A DNA stretch of 63,723 bases, the filler included, from Cirrosporium novae-zelandiae (taxonomy: Eukaryota), in NCBI GenBank assembly GCA_026023565.1. It is 3 parts of 3 records of this genome, joined end to end, with 100 filler letters (N's around TTAATTAATTAA, not from the genome) between each part and the next. Parts side by side here need not be neighbours in the genome. Positions count along the whole stretch, not along the records: positions 29,379 to 54,281 come from JAPETS010000086.1; 2 more parts are not named here. One strand, 5' to 3'. The stretch's first letter is position 1. Every line of letters starts with the position of its first letter. This document shows positions 38,331-49,338 of the stretch, in pieces. A model generated the notes under the pieces. That model was not told where the DNA came from and ran no database searches. It saw only the letters and a list, made by a program, of their open reading frames with translations. The translations under genes were made by a program, and so were the position numbers.

Positions 38331-40073
38331 TTGGGAAGGTTTACCAAGGCACCGGTTTAGAGATACGGATGAACGACTTCTGACCAAGAAATTCCAGTGT
38401 CTAATACTGGAACTGGAAATGCGCCTCTGGTATTACAACCGGGAGATGGAACTTTCTAATAAAGGCTAGGCGGTACACAGCTGCTTCACAGGACTTGCGG
38501 AGATTATCGTCAAAGGCTCGACAGAAGAAATATGCTGAGCTCGAACTGCGTGAGTCTAGAAATGACCTATATCGTCAGCACGTGTCAAATGCCATTGTGT
38601 ATGACAAGAAAATGCAAACACGCGTCCACCTGCAGCAGCCAGCGGTCGCTTTCCGGTCGCGTTTTGTTTGGAGGAACTCCAGCTCCGAGTAAGTCAGCAA
38701 CGACGAGCAGCCTATTAGTAGACGTTCGCCGTTGAGAAATGACTCGTTGTCTCATGCTAGCTCAACCGCATAATGGTAGAGGCAACAATGATAAGTCACT
38801 GGATATCGACAGACACAGCGTGAAGGGAAGCGCAGAGCAAACAGTTGCAAACTCGGTTGGATAAGGCGATACGAATCATATTTGTGCCAGTTCTCAATCA
38901 CACATGTAGAAGCAAGCAGTAGGAAGATGTTGATAATAGTTGAAAGCAAATCAGCGAACCTACCTTTTTGCCTTTTCGCCTTTGGATAAACGACGTGGTC
39001 ACGGGTTCTCAAGTCACGAGTTTTGATATGGTCCGGTCCCAGATGAAGATTTTGTTTCGGATACCGGCAAATCTAGGGTGCAGTGATTTGTGCTAGGAAA
39101 GACTCTCGAGAGATCAAGGTCGAATAAATCAACGATTGAAACAAAAGTTCTCTGGTCGTAATGAGATATATCGAGTTAGATGGTAATGGTGAGCGATGAA
39201 GGTCACGGGAGGGAGGGAAACAACAGCGAGTCCGACTGGCCAATGTGGTCAGCGACTGTTTTATGGTTTTGTGAATATTAGTTTAAAGTGGCAAGGTATA
39301 ACTTTCATTCTCGGTACTAGCCACCACTATTTTTACTCGTCTTAATCATATTTTGGATCAAAGAGCCACAAAATTCGACTTCTTTAGGTAAGTCTATCGC
39401 ATAGGCGGATGATTGAGGTCAGGTCATCTGACAAGATATCATTAATCAGGTGATGACCAAAAGACAGACCAAAAACAGCCCTCACAGTCACGAGCTACCC
39501 CAAGCCATCGCCTTTATCATACCCAGATACACAGTACTCCATACATCAGTCATTTATGTGTGCTTACGATGTAGTAGATGGATGGAGCCATCGTGCAATC
39601 CAGTCTCTGCCTTGTCACGCAGCGTCAGCCAGCCCCCCCTTTCATAAATGCGATCCCCACCTATATTGGGCCTCACAAAGGGAAATATGACTGAAAGGGT
39701 TGTCCAGCAGCCACCACTACCCACCATTTTCCTTTAGTGGATGTCTTCGAACCAGGTGAGTGTTACAAAACGAGGCACTCGGTTGAATTACATTAGGCTA
39801 CATCCGAGGCACGTTCTCTCTGTCAAAGGTATACAAATCCAAACAATACTTGATAGTATCCATGCCTAATCTCTCTCCATTGCTATTCCTAAGTATGTAC
39901 GTTCATGGCTCAACATCATAGAGTGAAAGCATCAACTCCTTTAGAATGTCCTCGTCCCCTTCTTTCCTTCATCCCCATTTCCCTCTCTATGGCCATGTCG
40001 TAGTAACCCGTGAGCATTTTCGTAGCGCAATAAAGCGCGGAGTGTCATAGAACTTTTGCCGTATCAGAGATAC

Positions 40074-40856
40074 TCATATTTCATCGACATCAATTTCCTT
40101 TTCATCACTACTATCACGATCCTCGTCGAACTCGACGTTGTCGTCAACACCCTCGTGGCCATAGGTATCGGTTTCGTTGATTTTGGCGTTCTCAGGAAGT
40201 TCACCATAGGCTTTCAAGGATCTAGCCTCGTCGGCACTGTACTTCAAAATGACATCTAAGAATATTTGATAAGTATACAATATTTTTCAGAATCGCAGGG
40301 AAAAAAGCATACCTCCTTTCTCATCTTGGTAATCGCGCAAACTTGTAAAGTATTAGGATACTGATCAAGTAGACTTGTAGTAATGAACTCAATACTCACG
40401 AGAGTAGAATGATATCACCCTGGTTGATCCACACTAGAACAGGTTAATGTTTTTTCACAAACTATTTTGAAGGTGCATACCTTTCTTTCGGAGTTTCCCT
40501 CGAATGTGAGCCAACCGTTTTTCGCCATCAAAGCAGAGAGCTTCTAAACGACCGTTTCCAAGCATCTTCACTACTTGAGCATATTCTAATGTGCGGGCAA
40601 GTGAGTTTGTATTCCATGGATGTAAAGGAGCGACGATGAGGTAGAATGATTGACTAAGAGATGTCGCCGAGAAAATAGACGGAGAGGATGGAAATGCGCA
40701 CCTTGGCCTTCTTCTTTGAAGGTGAGTTCACGTTTTTCGTTATCATTTTCGTTCTTGCCCCTTCTCCGATTTTTACCACCCTAGATTGGTGAAATCAGCT
40801 TTTATCATGGACAAGGTGGATGTGAAAATACATACTTTCCCCTTATTCTTAGGCAT
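40074..40856 (-). CDS. TIF11: Translation initiation factor eIF1A, 6 exons
   Basis: [112 protein letters not shown]. Confidence 0.96.
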
Positions 40857-41044
40857 ATTGACTGGTAGTTTCCAAGTGTCTTTTCGATATTAATGTGAAT
40901 AGGAAGACTGTTTATTGGAACAAAATGAAGATAAAGGATTATGGTTGAGGCTGCAAAAGATGTTTGTTGCGGGAAATACTTAAGTGGGGGGAGCAAAGTT
41001 GTCGGATTTAATTTTCTATCGATGACAGCCTGTGAGACATTATC

Positions 41045-41054
41045 ATCACGTGAC
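41045..41054. promoter_or_regulatory. Cbf1-type E-box ATCACGTGAC about 190 bp upstream of eIF1A
   Basis: Exact RTCACGTG match on both strands in the eIF1A/GH5 divergent promoter. Confidence 0.45.
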
Positions 41055-41999
41055 TGGCATTTCTGCTTGGGCCATTCAAACGAGAGAATTTTTAAAGAGA
41101 GAAACATTATTCATCTACATATTTAACTGAAAGATGTTATTTTTCATTCACTATTAACTCCTCTAAATCTATTTTATCTTTGCGAGAATGTCTCAAATGT
41201 TTTTAGACCTGAAGGCTTTTCTTTTCCTTTTCTCTTCTATGACCAGATCAAACAGATGGAATCCACCGTAACCCTTCAATAATAAGTTAATATTTCTATT
41301 CCTATTTCCACTCCACTATCCTTACGCGTTATCAAGATAAATACTTTATCAATGCCTTCTAGTGGATATATCCACCCAATCTTGGATTACAGTGCTTCCC
41401 GGGTGGCCTTTTGAAAGTTATCCATCCATGTAGCCACCAATGATATATCAAACTAAAGATTCGCATGTTTCGTCAGCCACGCTTAATCCCTGCCTCAGCC
41501 TCAGGCTTTAAGGCTCCACGGCTCTAAGGCTTCTTTGGCTATCGCCACTATATCTTGAAACAACCCAAAATGGCGCCAACTTCAAGCTTGACTCCCTGTT
41601 CCCCTCGACAAGCTATTTTACACCTTTAAGGATTTTGCCCTATTCCCTATGTAACTATCACACTGCAGAAAATGTTGAATCCAGGATTCCAGACTCTCCA
41701 CACTTTTTCTCAAATTTCCTATCCATGCTTTACTATGTCGACTGTCCATGCAATGAATTAATCCTTAAGTATCGGACAAGCCGCAGCTTGTCATCTTTTC
41801 TTATTCTCTTCATTTAGCTATTATTATATCTAGCTTTACATTCATTACATAGCAATTTGCTATTCATTCTTTGGAGCTGGTGTCACTCCTTTTTTACTAC
41901 CATTCTCAGAGTCACTCTTTTATCGGGCTCGAAAATAGTGCGCTTGCGTCTTTTATACTATCTTTTTGTTCTATATACACTCTGGAAAATCTGTAAAAT

Positions 42000-43516
42000 A
42001 TGTCTTTCAAAAACAGCTTGCTATCATTCTTTGGCCTTTCTCTGCTAGCGGGTTCCTCCTTAGCCCACCCCCATTATAATGGTGTCAACAACCATCATCC
42101 AAGAGGCCTCTCTGACCTTCTCCCCACCGGCATTCTCCCAACTAGCTTATTCCCAACTGGGCTATTTCCAACTGGCTCTGGGATTTCAGGTAGTCCGTTC
42201 CCTACGGCTACAGGAACAAGTGGATCTTGCCCTTTCCCCTTCAGCATCAATGCCACTTATCCACTGGGAAACTCGTCAATCTCTCTAAACATTACATCCT
42301 CCTGTAATTCGACGAACACATCAACCACCGATTTCCTTCGAGGTGTCAACGTGGGAAGCTGGCTCATCCTTGAGGAATGGATGGTTTCGGACATGTTTTC
42401 TGGGGATGCTTCATGGGCTTCAGACGAATGGACGTTTGACCAAACTTCTGAGGCGGAATCCGCCCTCCAGAAGCACTGGTCTACCTACTTCACTGAAGCA
42501 GATGTCCAAACACTGAAAGCAGCTGGTATCAACGCGTAAGGACATGAAACCTATAAAATCACCATCTAGTATCAACTAACATCCCCAGGTTGCGAATTCC
42601 AATTGGATTCTGGGCATACGACAACTCCGGAACCCCTTATCTCAAAGGCGCAGATGCCTGGCTCGAGAAAGCTATTGGCTGGGCTAGAGCCGCCAATATG
42701 AAAGTCTGGGTCGATTGCCATGGCTCCCCAGGTTCCCAGAACGGCTACGATAATTCTGGACATGCTGGTGAGGTGACATGGCAACAGGGCGACAACTTGA
42801 ACAGGTCGATCTCGGTCCTCAAAACCATGGCCAAAAAATACGGAAGCGTAGAATATGCCGACACCGTTGCCGCCATCGAAATTGTCAATGAACCCATCTC
42901 CTGGGGAAACAACAGCTTCGAAACAACCCAAGAATGGGCCGAGCAAGCTTACTACGCCATCAAAGCCGTCGCTACAAACAAAAACCTCATGGTCGTCACC
43001 CACGATTCCTTCCAGCAGCCTTCGACCTCCTGGGGCTCTGTCGCCGCAACTCTGAACGTGAACAACTCCTCACGCCTCTTCGGCGTCGACACTCACCTCT
43101 ACCAGGTTTTTGAGGATGCCGACAACACTCTTAACCAGGCCGGCCACATCCAGGAAGCCTGCGGCTGGGCCACAGACCTCACAGCCGCAAACGACCAGTT
43201 CCCAACCTTCGTCGGTGAATGGAGTCCCGCGACCAACATCTGCGTCAACTCCGATGGCACTACCACAAACGGCACGAGTTGCTCCACCGACGGCTGCCAA
43301 TGTGAGAGCGCAGACGTCAGCGATTGGAACGACAATATGGTTGAACAGGTTAGGCGCTTCGTAGAAGCTCAATTAGATGTCTTTGAGAGTAGTACCAGTG
43401 GATATTTCATGTGGAGTTGGGATGGCCCCGGCGCTTGGAGTTTCAAGGATGGAATTCAGTATGGGTTTATCCCCAATCCCGTAACTAGCCGTAAGTATGC
43501 TGGCCAGTGCAGTTGA
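42000..43516 (+). CDS. Secreted GH5 exo-beta-1,3-glucanase (glucan 1,3-beta-glucosidase), 2 exons (intron 42536-42588)
   Basis: Signal peptide; LRGVNVGSWLILEEWM; RIPIGFWA; DCHGSPGSQNGYDNSG; acid/base VNEP; nucleophile VGEWS. Confidence 0.93.
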
Positions 43517-43737
43517 ACTGCTGACTGGCTTGCCTGTATGTATGTTTGCTTGACGTGTTTAGTCTTAGGGCAAGGGAGAGGGAGGGAGGAGATGAAATAA
43601 ACGGCATCTCCGGGAATCATGCCAAAAAAGACATGAATGTATATAGACACGATGATTACTTTTACCCTTCTTCGATACCCTATTTATTTACTTGTTGTTG
43701 AACAACATTAGACATTGACTGCTACATTTACTCATTA

Positions 43738-44700
43738 TTACTTCCTCTTCAACTCGTATTTCGGCGCCTCCTCCGTATCAACCACCAGAACCCCTTCTGT
43801 CCCCTTACCCAGCATATCCCAGATCCTCACTCTCCCACCGGCAATCTCCATCACACAGCTCGTACCCGCATATAGTGCATCCCCCTCCACCCCGCAGCGA
43901 TTCGCAAATACGATGATGAACGAAGACTCCGCGTGTTCACTGCTGGCGTCCACCAGTGGTTCAAATCGCGAAACCCAGTAGGTCAGTGTACCTAGCTCCG
44001 GCTCCTGGGGTTTTTGCTTCAGGGCTTCGAGATCCAATGTAGTTAGCCAGGCCATCGAGAGTAGCACTAGTCGCGCCTGGGATTGTAGGACGTGAGTTGC
44101 GAATTCGAAGTCGGACCAGGGGGCTGTGAATTTGTAGGGGTTGATGTCCATGCAGATTCCCATTGCTGTTTTGACTTTCTCTTTCTTCTCATCATGCTCA
44201 CCCTCTCTATTAGATGACCGCTCCTGTGGTGGTGATTTCACCTCCACCTCCCCCTTCCAGAATTCCTTCGCGTCCCCCTCACAAGCCCACCTCTCATCCG
44301 TATAATACAAAAACCGTTTCCGATAATTCGTAATCACCTCCCCGACCTTATCAACCAAAACAACAGAATTATACGTCCGCTCTTCCTCGTCTCCATCCTG
44401 CTCTCCATCCTGCGCCTTTATCTCAACCTCCGGATACCCAACCGCAACAGCACACCCCAGCCTTCTCGCAGTCTCCTTGGCCCACTCGGCGCTTGGCCCA
44501 CCTGCACTACGTTCGAGACACGGCGCGATGGATTTGAGGGAGTCGTGGTTGTAGCCTGTGAAGGCGAGTTCGGGCAAGATGAGGAGATCGAGGTTTTGGA
44601 GGCTCGAGGTGTGATTTGTGAGGAGGGCGTCTGCGTGGGCGATGTTAGTGGTGCGGGGAGTAGTGGGGCTTGGGTTGAATTGGAGGGTTGCGAGGCGCAT
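43738..44700 (-). CDS. NTA1: Protein N-terminal Asn/Gln amidase (nitrilase superfamily)
   Basis: DLLILPELAFTGYN; NYRKRFLYYTDERWA; GICMDINPYKFTAPWSDFEFA; FANRCGVE..YAGTS: E-K-C triad. Confidence 0.92.
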   Translation of the reverse strand: MRLATLQFNPSPTTPRTTNIAHADALLTNHTSSLQNLDLLILPELAFTGYNHDSLKSIAPCLERSAGGPSAEWAKETARRLGCAVAVGYPEVEIKAQDGEQDGDEEERTYNSVVLVDKVGEVITNYRKRFLYYTDERWACEGDAKEFWKGEVEVKSPPQERSSNREGEHDEKKEKVKTAMGICMDINPYKFTAPWSDFEFATHVLQSQARLVLLSMAWLTTLDLEALKQKPQEPELGTLTYWVSRFEPLVDASSEHAESSFIIVFANRCGVEGDALYAGTSCVMEIAGGRVRIWDMLGKGTEGVLVVDTEEAPKYELKRK

Positions 44701-45355
44701 TTTGGAGAGTCAACGGTGTGGGGGAGGGAATGGGTTATGGTGGTGGAGATGTAGATGTAAATGGAGAGGTAGTCGCATGGTGTGTTTTGGTGGATAAATG
44801 TAATGGCTGGGGTCAGGAATGCAGTGGTTGCTGGGTTGCTGGGTTGCTGGGTTGGATGTCTCTAGCTATAGATAGGTAAGCAACGATAGGGAGCTAATCA
44901 GTGACGTCGGATTTTGAAAACCTAAAATACCACAGCAACGATAACAATAGTCTCAACTACGGAGATAGAACTTGGGATACGAAATATAAATTCTGATTAT
45001 CAATTATTGAGGCTACAGAGCACAATACTATGTACGCAGTATATACATAATTATTCGGGAATCCCCTTCTTCAATTGCGTTTTCTTCCCAGGGTCTACTT
45101 TCGAAAGTATAGAGCTCCAATGAAGGAAGGTGGGGAAGCACATGTCTGCAAGCACCCGACTGTAGCTCTTCGATGAAGAAACAGATGTTATTTAACCAAG
45201 TAGACTATCCTACTGTCATCCCTTTTTTAGGTTCTATATTCTATATGATGAGCAATTGATAAATAGCACTCTCTATTTAATTTCATTACAGCTCTATACC
45301 AATCAACCAGTTTAATTCTTGCCCCTCACCAAAAATCCTCTCATCTCTATCAGCC

Positions 45356-46201
45356 ATGCCCCGTATTCCGCGCACCCAAATCCTCTCTGACCTGCATACC
45401 CTAATCGAAAATGGCACCCTCATTCTCGGCGCTGGCGCGGGCAGCGGCCTCACAGCCAAAAGCGCCGCCCAAGGCGGCGCAGACCTTCTAATTGTATACA
45501 ACTCGGGCCGGTTCCGGATGGCGGGAGCCGGCTCCCTCGCAGGTCTACTCCCATACGGCGATGCCAATGCCATTATGATGGACATGGCACGGGAGATCTT
45601 GCCCACGATAGCACGGCTTGATGAACCCGTGCCTGTACTTGCGGGAGTGTGTGGCACGGATCCATTTCGAGAGATGGAGGGATTTTTGAGACAGGTACTG
45701 GCGACTGGGTTTAGTGGGGTGCAAAACTTTCCGACGGTGGGATTGATAGATGGGAAGTTTAGGGCGGCGTTGGAGGAGACCGGGATGGGGTTTTCCGAGG
45801 AGGTGAAGATGATTGAAACAGCCGCGAATATGGGGTTTCTGACTGCACCGTATGTGTTTAATGTTGATCAGGCAGAGATGATGGCTAAAGCGGGGGCGGA
45901 TATTATTGTAGCGCATATGGGATTGACGATGGGGGGAAATATTGGTGCCAAAACGGGGATGGGGCTTGATGATTGTGTGCGGATAATCCAGGATGTCAGG
46001 GATGCGGCAGTGACAATTAAGAGGGATGTTATCGTGCTATGTCATGGTGGACCGATTGCAGAGGTGGAATCGGCACAGTATATCCTAGAGAAGACAAAGG
46101 GCGTTCATGGGTTCTTTGGGGCTAGTAGTATGGAAAGATTGCCTGTGGAGACGGCTGTTATGGAAAATGCGCAGAGGTTCAAGTCAATTGATATGAGCTG
46201 A
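45356..46201 (+). CDS. TIM-barrel signal transduction / PEP hydrolase-family protein (Tm-1 C-terminal-like), intronless
   Basis: GAGAGSGLTAK..GGADLLIVYNSGRFRMAG.GSLAGLLPYGDAN; GVCGTDPFR; GVQNFPTVGLIDGKFR..LEETGMG; AHMGLT.GG.IGA; LCHGGPIA; GFFGASSMERLPVE. Confidence 0.94.
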   Translation: MPRIPRTQILSDLHTLIENGTLILGAGAGSGLTAKSAAQGGADLLIVYNSGRFRMAGAGSLAGLLPYGDANAIMMDMAREILPTIARLDEPVPVLAGVCGTDPFREMEGFLRQVLATGFSGVQNFPTVGLIDGKFRAALEETGMGFSEEVKMIETAANMGFLTAPYVFNVDQAEMMAKAGADIIVAHMGLTMGGNIGAKTGMGLDDCVRIIQDVRDAAVTIKRDVIVLCHGGPIAEVESAQYILEKTKGVHGFFGASSMERLPVETAVMENAQRFKSIDMS

Positions 46202-46536
46202 AAAGTGAAGCATGAACGTTGCTTTTTGATTGTATTCTATATCTCTTGGTAATTTCCATGGCTTGAATGGCTTCTCTGCATGTCAAATACTGGAAAATCA
46301 TTCTAGCAGAACCTATTTGGATTGACCTTGGTTATGATCTCGTACATATCATGTTAGTCGCCGTTTTATCCTTATATTATAAGTGTTCAAGGCTCTTTAT
46401 ATAATCCTGTGTGGATTTCAGCTGGGCGCTTCGTGCAGCGGCTTAACTTCTCTTTAATCCTATATGAATTTTTCTATTTCTCTATTCTCATATAAGAAGA
46501 CAGCAGAACAAATCTCTCTATTTGTTGGTACAAGCC

Positions 46537-48747
46537 ATGGCTTCGTCTGAGACTTCGGATGAGTATACTGTACAGGACGTTAAACGGAAGAGGGCGTCTG
46601 TCCAAAACGATGATCCTTCCATTCAGAGAACAAATCAGACAATACTGGCAAGTTCGTTAGTAGGCATGACAATTGCAGACCAAACAGGGTTCTCTCCACC
46701 TAGAAAGCGTCAAACTAGCGTCCAAGGGTCTTCCACTTCAGTTCAAAATAAAACTGGCTTACCCATGGAGGCAGATGATTCGGGAACCCATTTAGGATCA
46801 GACGAGGATGAGGACGATAGGCCCAACAAAATAATTGGTACAACAGCACTATATACTATCCCACAAATTTCTAATAAGGACAACAACGACGAAGAGGCTG
46901 ACGACAACGATGAGATTGATGACGATGAGATGCTAGATATTGACGATGAGATGCTAGATATAGAAGAAGTCGCCTTAGACAATAGATGGTTGAAAAGCAT
47001 ACTTGCAGATGATGATAACTCGGAAAATTCTCTGATAGCTTCTTCCTGGGAAGCATACCGTCAAGGTGAATGCGAATTGGATCGACCATTAGATTTATCC
47101 CATGCCGCCTATTACTTTGTGCAGACTCTTTGCGATAGCACTGGTACCAATAACGCTCTACAATGTCTCTGGCCAATTGTGAAGCTTTGCATCAAGTTCC
47201 TCCGCAGTAATCAGTTAGTCCGCGACCTTGAAGACACAGACATTGAGGAACTGTCCGCACATGGAAAAGCTTGCATTGTAAGTATCTGGTTGGCCGTATG
47301 CTATCGAATGCATACAAAGCGAACGCCGAATGTAATACAGTATCCTTCGAGCCAAATGAAAGCCCTATTTGATGCAGCCGTTGCAATCGTTAATGGGTCG
47401 AAAGAATTAAGCCGGGATATTTTAATGAGACAGGCAATAAAAAAGTGGGAGAGCAGACTATTTCCAGCTCAGTGCGAAGATCGCTTCAACAATGCCAACC
47501 CTCTTTGGTATCAAGAAATCCCCATTAATGTCAAACTATTCAATCACAATCCCAGAAATCAAGTAGAAGATAGATGGTCGAGAATTCTAAACGAAGAGGG
47601 TCTTCAGGCATTAGCCGCTGAAGTTATCGAACAAGAATTAATAACCAACAAAACGTGTCTCAATATGAAAGATCCGGAAGCAAAAGAATGGAACAAGATT
47701 GAACTGTTCAAGCTTTTTTGTAGCATCGAAAGAGATTTACTTATCTCCATGATTGAAGGAACGCTAATTAGCCTTGACGAGAATATAAATTCTTCGGTGC
47801 ATGCTACTCTCAGAAAGATTCGTCTTCGGGCACCGGGGGTCCCTGGTACTTACGGGAATTTTATCACTGACTGTGCGGGATTATCACCCACTCCAGCTCA
47901 CTACCGAGTTGTCGCAAAAGTGATTCAAGCATATGCCTCTTTTCGAGAGGACGAGATAATCAACAATTTAGCAAATAAAATCGATCAAACCGTGGCACCA
48001 TCGAAACACTGGATAAACGGGGAGTTGAATAGTAAAGGTTATCGTAGGTATAGGGATTCTCCTTTGATACGAAATACATTTACTGGAGGCCCAACAAAGA
48101 ATCAAAAAAGACGAGACGTTTTGCTTGGATTTGCAGTAGCGCTCTTAAAACGTGTTGAAAGAGAAGAAAAACAAAACGGTTCTCCTTTTGCTCCTTTTGT
48201 CACTCCTATTTGTGAAATCGGTTATTCCCAAGATACACTGAAACGATTAGATGAGCACAAGAAGCATGCTAGCTCTAATTATGTGATGAATTTAACAGAA
48301 GCTATTTTGCGGGTAATATTCAGAGCCAACGGTGATTTTATCCTGAAACAACATGTTCTCTACAATTGTGCTTTTGTTACTCAGGCTTGGCTGAGCGAAA
48401 TTGCTCTGTCACGGCTGATGCAGGGCTATGTTCACGATGCTCAAGGATTTAGTCATGTTGCAGCTGGGAGATCCAATGGGAGTGCACTAAATATCACCTC
48501 GGAGAGATGGGCGGCTATTTACGGAGTGGTATGGGATCAGAAGGTATGGCTTGAGAATGGGGAGCGGGAGAAAAGGCTGTTATGCAGTCGGAGGAAGGAT
48601 GCGGAGGAGCGAACAGCAATTATACAGGCTGAGCGTGCTGCACTACGCTCGGAATCGAGCTTGAATGATTTGAGTCAAGCTCACCTGGAGCTTTGGGAGG
48701 GTCTAGCTCAGTTATTAAAGTCTGAAATATATCAGGATCTCCCCTGA
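46537..48747 (+). CDS. Hypothetical intronless protein, acidic N-terminus and putative divergent GIY-YIG-like domain
   Basis: About 736-aa open frame from ATG 46537; motifs PGTY, EIGYS....KRLDEH, WLSEIAL, QGFSH..AG; domain call is by motif resemblance only. Confidence 0.7.
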   Translation: MASSETSDEYTVQDVKRKRASVQNDDPSIQRTNQTILASSLVGMTIADQTGFSPPRKRQTSVQGSSTSVQNKTGLPMEADDSGTHLGSDEDEDDRPNKIIGTTALYTIPQISNKDNNDEEADDNDEIDDDEMLDIDDEMLDIEEVALDNRWLKSILADDDNSENSLIASSWEAYRQGECELDRPLDLSHAAYYFVQTLCDSTGTNNALQCLWPIVKLCIKFLRSNQLVRDLEDTDIEELSAHGKACIVSIWLAVCYRMHTKRTPNVIQYPSSQMKALFDAAVAIVNGSKELSRDILMRQAIKKWESRLFPAQCEDRFNNANPLWYQEIPINVKLFNHNPRNQVEDRWSRILNEEGLQALAAEVIEQELITNKTCLNMKDPEAKEWNKIELFKLFCSIERDLLISMIEGTLISLDENINSSVHATLRKIRLRAPGVPGTYGNFITDCAGLSPTPAHYRVVAKVIQAYASFREDEIINNLANKIDQTVAPSKHWINGELNSKGYRRYRDSPLIRNTFTGGPTKNQKRRDVLLGFAVALLKRVEREEKQNGSPFAPFVTPICEIGYSQDTLKRLDEHKKHASSNYVMNLTEAILRVIFRANGDFILKQHVLYNCAFVTQAWLSEIALSRLMQGYVHDAQGFSHVAAGRSNGSALNITSERWAAIYGVVWDQKVWLENGEREKRLLCSRRKDAEERTAIIQAERAALRSESSLNDLSQAHLELWEGLAQLLKSEIYQDLP

Positions 48748-49338
48748 CACACGCCAGCAAGTTCCCCTTTTTTTGGGAGGGGGACTCGTATTCATATATG
48801 TTTATTATAGTCTTATAGAGGACATAGAATTTGGTATTTGTGTATTTGGTATATGAAATTTCATGCTTGAGATTCTAAAAAAAAATAGCAAAAAAGGGGA
48901 GAAGAGAAAGGGAAGATGTAACTAGGGATGAAATGTTTTGTTCTACGTAACAAGTCTTCTCTGAAACTTGGCTATAAAATCCAAATTTCCCTCCACATAC
49001 TCCAAAAAGGTATACCCCCACTAATAATTCGTATTTATATAGACCAAATAGACCTTGGACAACCAAGGTCCAGCCGAAAAGCTCAGGCTAATCGGTCTAG
49101 TGTATTCATAACTCTGTAATTGATTGAGACTACTAGATCCAGTGCGTTTGGTTGGCTTCGCTAGTCTAATTTCTAATCATCCCACAATAAAGCTAAGTTT
49201 TTTTCAATATATCACAATACATTGAGAGAGTCGGTTGAACCTTTGTTTTTTTCAACGTCAACTGTTTTTTAAATACTGCGTGGACTTTCAGCTGTGCGCT
49301 TTGTGCGGTAGCATAAACTAAAGAAATCCGTGCTTAGA

